32,000 nucleotides of DNA, taken from Ferroglobus placidus DSM 10642. GTDB lineage: Archaea; Halobacteriota; Archaeoglobi; Archaeoglobales; Archaeoglobaceae. Where the stretch lies: NCBI RefSeq assembly GCF_000025505.1, contig NC_013849.1, positions 930,001-962,000 of the forward strand, written 5' to 3'. Made by a program: the position numbers and the translations under genes. The notes under the pieces were generated by a model. The model was not told the DNA's origin. It did no database searches and saw only the letters and a list, made by a program, of their open reading frames with translations. Within the stretch, counting starts at the first letter, position 1; the number at the start of each line of letters is the position of its first letter. Shown piece by piece: positions 17,103-24,100 of the stretch.

Positions 17103-17357
17103 TTAGATCGAGTCATATAGCTGTAGAAGAAGCTCCAATATCCTTTCACCTTTCTTAGTTAAATAATATTTATTGTTACCATCTTTAGCTAAGATGTCAA
17201 GGGACATAAGATCTTTCAGCAATTTGTTTAATACACTAGGACTTAATTCGGATTTAAACATAATTTCCGTGAATCTGGCTGGTTGATTCGCCAATATACA
17301 TAGAATTTTAAAGGAGCCATAGTGTGTAACGGACTTGTACATCTTTACTTTCTCCAT
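17103..17357 (-). CDS. Small winged-helix DNA-binding protein (ArsR/HxlR-like), directly upstream of the che operon
   Basis: 84 aa. The segment FKILCILANQPARFTEIMFKSELSPSVLNKLLKDLMSLDILAKDGNNKYYLTKKGERIL has an HTH-plus-wing pattern. It shares strand and AT-rich composition with the che genes. Confidence 0.6.
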   Translation of the reverse strand: MEKVKMYKSVTHYGSFKILCILANQPARFTEIMFKSELSPSVLNKLLKDLMSLDILAKDGNNKYYLTKKGERILELLLQLYDSI

Positions 17358-17865
17358 CTAGAACAATTACTTAATGTAATACATAATAAACTTACTGCTC
17401 GAATTTTATGAGTCTTCACTTTTTTATAACAATTTGTATCACCTACAAAAAAGTTGTATCCTGAGATTCTTCCATTATCACAAGTAACTCCCTTTGAAGA
17501 GATATCTTCCTCAGAATTTCGAACTCCACAAACGTTTTTCAAATAATATGGAGCTTTTGAATTTTTCAATCTTCTACCACACAACAAGAGTGAGATTTTT
17601 TAAAATCAAAGTCTATTAACGGAGATCTCTTATTTGATTCCCAAAATACGTGATCGTTGCTGCTAAGTCCTTTTTTAATTTTTTAATTACATTCTAAAAA
17701 ATATAACTTGATAAAAAGTCATTCAGTTTAATCTCTCCTTAACACATAATCCAAAATCTCGCAGGAAACGTATTCGTAAAACTCGAAATACACTTGGCTG
17801 ACGGGGAAATTTTTGAGTACTACAAGAAAAATGCAAAAAAAGCTCGTGGAAGTTTAGATAAAAAA

Positions 17866-18285
17866 TTAAGTTTCCTTCGCCATAATGTAAACTGTGTACT
17901 CTCCCGCCTCAGCGTTTTTATCAGCGGTAACGTGAACGTTTATCGTGACGTTGGTTGGGCTATCCTGAGTTCCCGCCGGGATCAAAAGCTTATTTCCAGA
18001 ATTTATCTTATTCCCGTAGATGTCGTGCACTTCAACGTCCACAGCCTCAGGATCGGGTCCTTCCACGACGAATTCGAAGTAAACCTCTTTTCCGCTTCCG
18101 TAGTTCGTAATTTCAATTTCTTTTATGTAAGTAGTTCCAGTTTTCAGCTCCGCAGTAAATGATTGCTGGCTGAGTTCCAAATCCGCTTTGCTCACCTCTA
18201 CGTCTCCCTTTATCGTGAAGTGATACACCGCTCCGGCAACCACTCCTATCAGGAAGAGAGACAGCAAAGCTCCTACCTTCCTCAT
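17866..18285 (-). CDS. Small secreted or membrane-anchored beta-rich protein, function unknown
   Basis: The track ORF is 17866..18453. I prefer the internal ATG at 18285 (MRKVGALLSLFLIGVVAGAVYHF...), because the extension would overlap the divergent protease gene start and has non-protein-like composition. After the hydrophobic N-terminus the sequence is beta-sandwich-like (TYIKEIEITNYGSGKEVYFEFVVEG...EYTVYIMAK). Confidence 0.6.
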   Translation of the reverse strand: MRKVGALLSLFLIGVVAGAVYHFTIKGDVEVSKADLELSQQSFTAELKTGTTYIKEIEITNYGSGKEVYFEFVVEGPDPEAVDVEVHDIYGNKINSGNKLLIPAGTQDSPTNVTINVHVTADKNAEAGEYTVYIMAKET

Positions 18286-18418
18286 GCCTTGCCGAAAACA
18301 ACGGAATAATATAAATTTTTCTATTTCTAAAAGTCTAAAATCTTTGGAATAGTCCAAAATTGTTAGACTTCCTCCAGCGACAAAAAACGTTAATAGAATT
18401 AAATCGCTTGCATTGTCG

Positions 18419-19849
18419 ATGAATGCCGAGATCGCTCTGATCGTCTTCCTCACTTACTGGCTGATAATCGAAGCTTTAAGAACTAAAGGCGTGCTCGAAA
18501 AATACGACATAACTGCCTACGGACCTTTACTGATGATCAGATCGAAAAGGATCGTTGGATTTCTAAAAAAGCTCTCTAAGTACGAGAGATTCTGGAGAAT
18601 ATACGCTATCGTCGGAGTTCCTCTTATATTCATCGGAATGGCTTTCATGTTCTTCCTTATAATTTTCATGGACTACGTTCTTCTGACTTCTCCACCTCCC
18701 CCTTCGGAAATAACGAGCCCGAGAAACGTTCTACTGATTCCGGGAGTTAACCAGTTCATTCCGCTGATATGGGGAGCAATAGGACTTCTCGTAACGCTAA
18801 TCGTTCACGAGTTTAGCCACGGCATTCTTGCTTTGGTCGAGAAAATTAGAGTGAAGTCAGTAGGAGTTCTCCTCCTCCTTCTACCGATAGGAGGATTTGC
18901 TGAGCCTGATGAGGAGGAGCTGAAAAAGGCTGAGACGAGTAAAAAGATTAGGGTTTTCGCAAGCGGAATCACCGGAAACTTCATCGTCGCCGCTTTAGCT
19001 TTCGTCCTCTTCTTCCACTTCCTCTCTTACATCTCCCCAGCAGTGGCTGTTCTACACGACTCGAGCGGAAGAATCGAAGCTGGAACGAAGATAGTTGAGG
19101 TGAACGGGGTAAAGATTAAAACCCCCGAAGATTTCGAAAAAGCCATAACGAAGACTCCTGTCAAAATCAAGCTCGAAAACGGAAAAGAGATCGTTCTTAA
19201 CGGAGTAGTTGGAGTGGAGATAATCGGAGTAATGAAAGACATGCCCGCCGAAGGAGTTCTAAAGGAAGGGATGATAATAGTCGAAGTAGACGGAAAGAGG
19301 ATCGTTTCAACTAAGCAGCTCGCCGAAATTTTGAAGAACAAGAAGCCGGGAGAAGAAATCACCTTGAAAGTTTGGAACGGATCGGGTTACGAAGTAAAGA
19401 GCCTCGTTCTTGGCGGAGAGGACAGGGCTTTGATGGGTGTTTACATAAGAGACAACGTCTCCGGAATCGTGCCGAGTTATCCCTATGCGGAGAGAATTCT
19501 CTCTACGCTGAAATCGATTCCTAAAATGATCACGAATCCGGCTGGCTGGGCTTTCGTCATGGCTATGCCGATAACGACGTTCAACAGCTTCTCGGGAATT
19601 TACGAAAAAATATTTTACGGAGACAAGGTTATTTTTTACGTTCTCAACGCCCTCTACTGGATAGGGTGGATAAACTTCTACGTCGGATTGTTTAACTGCC
19701 TTCCAGCCATACCCCTCGACGGGGGAAGGATATTTCAGGAATTCCTGAAGAAAGTTTCTCCGAAAGCTGAAAGCCTGAGCAAGGTTACGACCGTAATAGT
19801 TTTCGTTTCGATTGCTCTTTCAGTGATAATACCCAACGTGAGAGTATGA
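18419..19849 (+). CDS. Site-2 protease family (M50) intramembrane metalloprotease with two PDZ domains
   Basis: HEFSHG (the HExxH motif) lies in a TM helix, and the NxxPxxxLDG motif is FNCLPAIPLDGGRIF. Two PDZ-like inserts are present: GTKIVEVNGVKIKTPEDF and EGMIIVEVDGKRIVSTKQLAEIL. The track start is TTG 18413; the ATG at 18419 is more likely. Confidence 0.88.
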   Translation: MNAEIALIVFLTYWLIIEALRTKGVLEKYDITAYGPLLMIRSKRIVGFLKKLSKYERFWRIYAIVGVPLIFIGMAFMFFLIIFMDYVLLTSPPPPSEITSPRNVLLIPGVNQFIPLIWGAIGLLVTLIVHEFSHGILALVEKIRVKSVGVLLLLLPIGGFAEPDEEELKKAETSKKIRVFASGITGNFIVAALAFVLFFHFLSYISPAVAVLHDSSGRIEAGTKIVEVNGVKIKTPEDFEKAITKTPVKIKLENGKEIVLNGVVGVEIIGVMKDMPAEGVLKEGMIIVEVDGKRIVSTKQLAEILKNKKPGEEITLKVWNGSGYEVKSLVLGGEDRALMGVYIRDNVSGIVPSYPYAERILSTLKSIPKMITNPAGWAFVMAMPITTFNSFSGIYEKIFYGDKVIFYVLNALYWIGWINFYVGLFNCLPAIPLDGGRIFQEFLKKVSPKAESLSKVTTVIVFVSIALSVIIPNVRV

Positions 19850-20718
19850 AGTGCGAGTGCGGAAGAGAAGCGATCGAGAGGGTCGGAGGAAGATACTACT
19901 GCAAGGAGTGCTATTCGAAGAGGTATCTAAGCTTAGTTGAGAGAAGCATCAGAAAGTACGGAATTTTAAAGAGAGGAGAAAAAGTTCTCGCAGCTATAAG
20001 CGGGGGAAAGGATAGCGTAGCCATGATAGCAGCTTTAAAAGAGCTCGAAGATAAGCTCGGAATTAAATTGGAGGCTTTGCACATAAACCTCGGAATAGGA
20101 GAGTACAGCAGAAAGTCCGAAGAGGTTAGTAGGAAAGTTTGTGAAGAGCTCGACGTTCCCCTCCACGTAGTATATCTTTCCGAATACGGATTCACTATAG
20201 GCGACGTGAAGAGAAAAGCTTGCAGCGTTTGCGGAAACGCGAAGAGGTACATAATGAACAGATTCGCAAGAGAAGAAGGCTTTGACGTCATCGCCACAGG
20301 ACACTGCGCTGAGGATATCGTTGCAAACGTGTTAAAGAACCTCTACTCCGGAAACTTCGAGTGGAGCGAAAAGCTTCTTCCGAGGATAGAAGGCTACTTC
20401 AAATTCGTCTCGAAGGCTAAACCTCTTTACGAGATCGGTGAAAAAGAAAATCTTCTCTTCGTTCTCTCGAAGGGCATCACCTTCCTTCCTGATGAATGTC
20501 CGAAAGCTCCGGATCCAAAGTGGAAGGAGCTCGTTTATGAGATAGAAAAGAAAATTCCCGGATTTAAGAAGGGAGTCTTAAGAAGTCTCGTGAGAAGGGA
20601 AAAAGTTGAAAGCGAGTTAAAAAGCTGCAAAATCTGTGGAGAGCCGACTTCAGCTGAAATCTGTCAGTTTTGTAGAAACGTGAAAAAGTTTGGTAAGGTT
20701 AGGAAGATTCCTCTTTAG
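19846..20718 (+). CDS. ttuA: PP-loop ATPase of the TtuA/TtcA/NcsA tRNA 2-thiolation family with N- and C-terminal zinc ribbons
   Basis: The PP-loop is SGGKDS. The candidate Fe-S Cys triad is CSVCG plus ECPKA. Also present are ATGHCAEDIV, an N-terminal ribbon CECG...CKEC and a C-terminal ribbon CKICG...CQFC. The ATGA overlap with the upstream protease gene suggests translational coupling. Confidence 0.75.
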   Translation: MKCECGREAIERVGGRYYCKECYSKRYLSLVERSIRKYGILKRGEKVLAAISGGKDSVAMIAALKELEDKLGIKLEALHINLGIGEYSRKSEEVSRKVCEELDVPLHVVYLSEYGFTIGDVKRKACSVCGNAKRYIMNRFAREEGFDVIATGHCAEDIVANVLKNLYSGNFEWSEKLLPRIEGYFKFVSKAKPLYEIGEKENLLFVLSKGITFLPDECPKAPDPKWKELVYEIEKKIPGFKKGVLRSLVRREKVESELKSCKICGEPTSAEICQFCRNVKKFGKVRKIPL

Positions 20719-21382
20719 TCTCTTCTTTAACGTACCTCTCCACCAGCTCAACTTCCCTTATCTCCGGCAAATGCTCGAAAATTTTGTTCACCGCCGTAAT
20801 TTTTCCGAGAATGAAGAACTGGTTGAAAGCTACATCTTTTGGCACTTCCACTATCGCTTTTCCGTCCTCAACTTTTGCCTCAAGCTCTCTGCCCGTGTGA
20901 ATTAAGAACAGAGCTTTTATTTTCTCCACCGGGTCCTCTATTTTCTCCTTTATCTCGTACTCGAAGATTATCTTCTTTCCAGCCAGCGGATGGTTGAAGT
21001 CAATTATCGCTCTCCTTCCCACGACTTTTTCCACAACTCCGACTTTGTCTCCCACTCTAACCCTATCTCCGGGCTTCGGCTTTTCTTTGAACTTCTTGAG
21101 AGTAACCATCTCCTTCTTGTTCGGGTCGTATTCGCCGAAGGCTTTCTCCGGAGGAACTTCTACAGTTCCCTTGTATCCTACTTCCTTGCCGATTATGTCC
21201 TCCTCCAGCCCCTTCAAAACGTGTCCTTCTCCCACCACAATGACGATGTCCCCATACCTCGCGTGCTCCTCGTAAACTCCGGCTTCTTTAGCTACATTCT
21301 CGTCGGTGGAGTCGATCACCGTTCCGTCTTCGAGCTTAGCTGTGTAGCTTATCTTAACGAAGTCCCCTTCCTTGATCGTCAT
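20699..21382 (-). CDS. Long-type archaeal FKBP peptidyl-prolyl cis-trans isomerase / chaperone
   Basis: The FKBP core is GDFVKISYTAKLEDGTVIDST, with an insert-in-flap region, then IDFNHPLAGKKIIFEYEI and a C-terminal extension. The track start is TTG 21394. The ATG at 21382 lies about 28 nt downstream of a TTTTTTATACC box, consistent with a leaderless transcript. Its 3' end overlaps the convergent ttuA-like gene by 20 nt. Confidence 0.85.
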   Translation of the reverse strand: MTIKEGDFVKISYTAKLEDGTVIDSTDENVAKEAGVYEEHARYGDIVIVVGEGHVLKGLEEDIIGKEVGYKGTVEVPPEKAFGEYDPNKKEMVTLKKFKEKPKPGDRVRVGDKVGVVEKVVGRRAIIDFNHPLAGKKIIFEYEIKEKIEDPVEKIKALFLIHTGRELEAKVEDGKAIVEVPKDVAFNQFFILGKITAVNKIFEHLPEIREVELVERYVKEETKEESS

Positions 21383-21433
21383 AACGAAAGCCAATTCAGA
21401 AAGGTATAAAAAATTTGGGAAAGATGTGAGGAA

Positions 21434-21961
21434 GTGGAAGTGGAGGCGAAATTCCCCCTTAAGGAGCCGGACAAGTTAAAGAGGATTTTGGCTGAGAAAG
21501 GTTCTTTTTTGAAGAAAAAGCTTGAAGAGGACGTATACTTCAACTCTCCATTCAGGGATTTTAAAGAGAGCGACGAGGCTTTGAGAGTTAGGAAGGACGA
21601 AGAAGGTGTGACGATAACGTACAAGGGTCCGAAGCTCGATAGCGAAACCAAAACGAGGGAGGAGATAAAGATAAAAGTCGACGATTTCGAAAAAGCTGTT
21701 GAGCTTCTAAAAAAACTCGGGTTCAAGCCGGTGAGGGAAGTGAAGAAGATCAGGGAGCTTTACGAGGTTGAAGGAGTGCTCGTTTGCGTTGACCACGTTT
21801 TCAACCTCGGAGATTTCGTTGAGTTCGAGATGGACAGTGAAGACGTCGAAACGGCTAAGGAGAAAATTTTCAGCTTAGCCGAAGAGCTCGGTTTCAAGAG
21901 GGAAGAGAGTCTGAGAGAGTCTTATCTGGAGATGCTCGAAAGAGTTAAATCCAATCAGTAA
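21434..21961 (+). CDS. CYTH-domain protein (class IV adenylate cyclase / triphosphate tunnel metalloenzyme family)
   Basis: 175 aa with a GTG start. The N-terminal EVEAKF is the ExExK signature. Also present are ALRVRKDEEGVTITYKGPK and TREEIKIKV. Confidence 0.8.
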   Translation: MEVEAKFPLKEPDKLKRILAEKGSFLKKKLEEDVYFNSPFRDFKESDEALRVRKDEEGVTITYKGPKLDSETKTREEIKIKVDDFEKAVELLKKLGFKPVREVKKIRELYEVEGVLVCVDHVFNLGDFVEFEMDSEDVETAKEKIFSLAEELGFKREESLRESYLEMLERVKSNQ

Positions 21962-21975
21962 AAAATTTTTCTGAG

Positions 21976-22027
21976 ATGATGAAATACCTCTCAGCGGAGC
22001 CGGGATGATGAACCCTCGTTAGGCTGA
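21976..22027 (+). ncRNA. C/D-box sRNA (2'-O-methylation guide), first of a tandem pair
   Basis: C box ATGATGA (21976-82), 12-nt guide AATACCTCTCAG, D' CGGA, 6-nt spacer, C' ATGATGA (22005-11), 12-nt guide ACCCTCGTTAGG, D box CTGA (22024-27). This is the canonical archaeal geometry. Confidence 0.8.
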
Positions 22028-22030
22028 GAA

Positions 22031-22082
22031 ATGATGACACCCTTGCCCCAAGACCGGCAATGATGAAAGGCATACGGTCTGA
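22031..22082 (+). ncRNA. C/D-box sRNA, second of the tandem pair
   Basis: C box ATGATGA (22031-37), 12-nt guide CACCCTTGCCCC, D' AAGA, 6-nt spacer, C' ATGATGA (22060-66), 12-nt guide AAGGCATACGGT, D box CTGA (22079-82). It begins 3 nt after the D box of the first sRNA, and its D box abuts the stop codon of the convergent gene at 22083. Confidence 0.8.
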
Positions 22083-23150
22083 TCAGACGAATTTGGATAA
22101 AAGCTCAACGACTCCAGAGACTTCGTAATTCAAGCCGTAATGCTCTCTCAAATCTTTAAGTTGCGTTCTGCAATTTTCGCAAATCGTCAGAACGTATTTC
22201 GCTTCTGTCTCTTTTATTTGCTCAGCCTTTTTCTTCCCAGCAACAAGTCTGAAGTCCTTCATCTCCGGAATGGCAACCAATCCTCCACCCCCTCCGCAGC
22301 AGAAGTTCTTTTCCTTGTTCGGCTTCATCTCTCTGAAATCCTCCGCGAAACTCCCTATAACTTTTCTCGGCTCCTCTATCAATCCCGAGTTTCTCGCTGC
22401 TTGACAAGGATCGTGATAGGTTACCGGCTCAGCCAAACCCCTTTTAACCTCCACTATTCCTTTTTCAACGTACTCTGCGGCGACCTCGACTATGCTTAAT
22501 ATCTCAAAATCCCTTCCAAACCACTCCCTCCAGAACATCTTGAAGACTCTGTAAGCGTGACCACATTCCGTAACGATTATTTTCTCAACACCAAGCTCCT
22601 CTGCTTCTCTGAATATTCTCTCGGAAACTTTCTTAGCGAGTTCCATATCTCCAAGAAAGAAGGCGAAGTTGGAGGCTTCGAAGTAACTTAAAGTCCAGTC
22701 CTCCTTAGCTAAATTGAAAAGCTTTGCAGCCGGAATTATCGTGTGCTCTCCTTGAAGGGGGACAAAGAGAATTTCAGCTTTTTTATTCAAAGGAATTTTC
22801 AAGTTGTGCTTTTTCTCAAGAAACCTTATCGCAGCTTCGTAGAATTGTTTGTGCTTCTCAAACTGCCTCCCTTTCTCAAGCTGAACTTCAACAAGCTCGA
22901 CGAGAGCTTTCGCTTTATTCTTAATTTCCTTCCTCGCTCTTGAAACGTAGGCAGATATCTCCACGGAAAAGGGGCAAAAGACTGTGCACCTTCTGCATCC
23001 GTTGCATTCGAAAGCGACAAAGTCTGCTTTTTTCCTTAGAATCCTTAATCTGTTGGGAGGAGCATGCTTCCACTCTTTCGTGGATGAAAAAATGTGGCAG
23101 TTTTCCAAGCAGTTACCGCATCTCACGCACAGAATTGCCGACTCTGGCAT
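22083..23150 (-). CDS. HdrD/DsrK-like iron-sulfur oxidoreductase with CCG domains
   Basis: There are two ferredoxin-type Cys clusters, CVRCGNCLENC and CNGCRRCTVFCP. C-terminal CCG-type motifs are TECGHAY, HDPCQAAR, FCCGGGGG and ICENC. It overlaps the upstream membrane-subunit gene by 38 nt. Confidence 0.85.
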   Translation of the reverse strand: MPESAILCVRCGNCLENCHIFSSTKEWKHAPPNRLRILRKKADFVAFECNGCRRCTVFCPFSVEISAYVSRARKEIKNKAKALVELVEVQLEKGRQFEKHKQFYEAAIRFLEKKHNLKIPLNKKAEILFVPLQGEHTIIPAAKLFNLAKEDWTLSYFEASNFAFFLGDMELAKKVSERIFREAEELGVEKIIVTECGHAYRVFKMFWREWFGRDFEILSIVEVAAEYVEKGIVEVKRGLAEPVTYHDPCQAARNSGLIEEPRKVIGSFAEDFREMKPNKEKNFCCGGGGGLVAIPEMKDFRLVAGKKKAEQIKETEAKYVLTICENCRTQLKDLREHYGLNYEVSGVVELLSKFV

Positions 23151-23811
23151 TCTTCCACCTCACTAAGTAGTTGGAGTGAAAAACTCCGATTGAGTGGAAC
23201 AGCTTTCCAAAGGGCAAATAAGCTACGAGAAGCTGCGCTAAGAAAGCGTGAACGACTAAAGCTAAACTCCCCACTCTTATCTTCTCACCGGAGATTAAAG
23301 AGAGCAAATAGCCTTCCAAGCTTACGTCGTTCAACCTCAAGTACATTCCGCTGACTGCAACGCTTAAGAGTAGAATTAGCGCAAAGTAATCCTCCGCGGT
23401 GGAGATAACCCTGAGCTTTGCAACCCTTCTAACCAAAAGGAAAAGAAGTGTGAGAAAGAAGATCGCTCCAAGCGATGTTCCGAGAAAGTTTGCGAAACTC
23501 TCACCAACTTTAATTCCGAGAAACATCCTGATGTGTCCGAGCAAAATTACAAGCAGAGAGACGTGAAAGAGCCACGACAAAACCCAGAGAGATTTGTCGG
23601 ACGAAAAGAGAGTTTTAAAGAGAAACACGTCGCCGAAGTAGTCGGAAAGCTTTTTAAAGCCGCTTTTCGATGCTTTAGGGAAAACTGGAAATATTTTCAG
23701 TTTTACGGATAAGTACTTGTAAACTCTGAAGAACAATCCCGCAAAGAAAATAGCTGCGGTAACGAACGGAAGCTTATAGAGAACTATTTCTTCAAGGTAA
23801 ACTTGAAGCAT
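23113..23811 (-). CDS. DsrM/NarI-like integral membrane di-heme b-type subunit
   Basis: 232 aa with about 5 predicted TM helices and conserved His in helices (WLFHVSLLVILLGHIRMF; VVHAFLAQLLVAYLPFGKLFH). Pairing with an HdrD/DsrK-like partner is the classical DsrMK / HmeCD arrangement. Confidence 0.75.
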   Translation of the reverse strand: MLQVYLEEIVLYKLPFVTAAIFFAGLFFRVYKYLSVKLKIFPVFPKASKSGFKKLSDYFGDVFLFKTLFSSDKSLWVLSWLFHVSLLVILLGHIRMFLGIKVGESFANFLGTSLGAIFFLTLLFLLVRRVAKLRVISTAEDYFALILLLSVAVSGMYLRLNDVSLEGYLLSLISGEKIRVGSLALVVHAFLAQLLVAYLPFGKLFHSIGVFHSNYLVRWKNARVGNSVREMR

Positions 23812-23990
23812 TCGTTCTCCTCCACTTTAACAACCTTCCATCCGAGCTTTTCTGCTAAAGCCGGAATTTCGCTCAGAGTCCCCGGATCGGAAGTTAAAAC
23901 TACAAGCTCTCCGTTTCCCATCTCAAGTTCGCTTTTAAGCTTTATCACCGGCATCGGACACGTCAGTCCTCTCAAATCGAGTACCTTCAT
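23784..23990 (-). CDS. tusA: TusA/SirA-family sulfur carrier protein
   Basis: MKVLDLRGLTCPMPVIKLK carries the CPxP active-site Cys motif, and the ~68-aa size fits. The track ORF extends to 24032; the internal ATG at 23990 gives the canonical N-terminus. It overlaps the DsrM-like gene by 28 nt. Confidence 0.8.
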   Translation of the reverse strand: MKVLDLRGLTCPMPVIKLKSELEMGNGELVVLTSDPGTLSEIPALAEKLGWKVVKVEENECFKFTLKK

Positions 23991-24100
23991 ATGAAATTGT
24001 TTACATATGAAACTGATTAAAAATTTTGTCACGTAAAATTCAGCAAGTGAAAAAGAGAGCAGATCTGTCAGATTTCATGCGATTCAGTCGGTAATCGTGT

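Noticed and set aside
17345-17587. 80-aa Cys-containing minus-strand ORF upstream of the wHTH gene.
   Set aside because: It overlaps the wHTH start and the AT-rich stretch that must contain its promoter. The Cys spacing is not a zinc-ribbon pattern, there is no SD, and I recognise no family. It is probably spurious, but I cannot exclude a small protein.
17794-18301. Track ORFs 17794..18162 (+) and 18113..18301 (-).
   Set aside because: Both overlap the better-supported small secreted-protein gene 17866..18285, one antisense and one out of frame. Their composition is Arg/Gly/Ser-rich junk.
19027-23354. Antisense or out-of-frame track ORFs within the S2P, TtuA-like, FKBP, CYTH and DsrMK-like genes (for example 19027..19362, 19911..20304, 20690..20905, 20990..21409, 21379..21726, 22140..22499, 22222..22407, 22724..23170, 23094..23354).
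   Set aside because: Each lies opposite, or out of frame with, a gene that has clear family motifs. None has recognisable motifs of its own.
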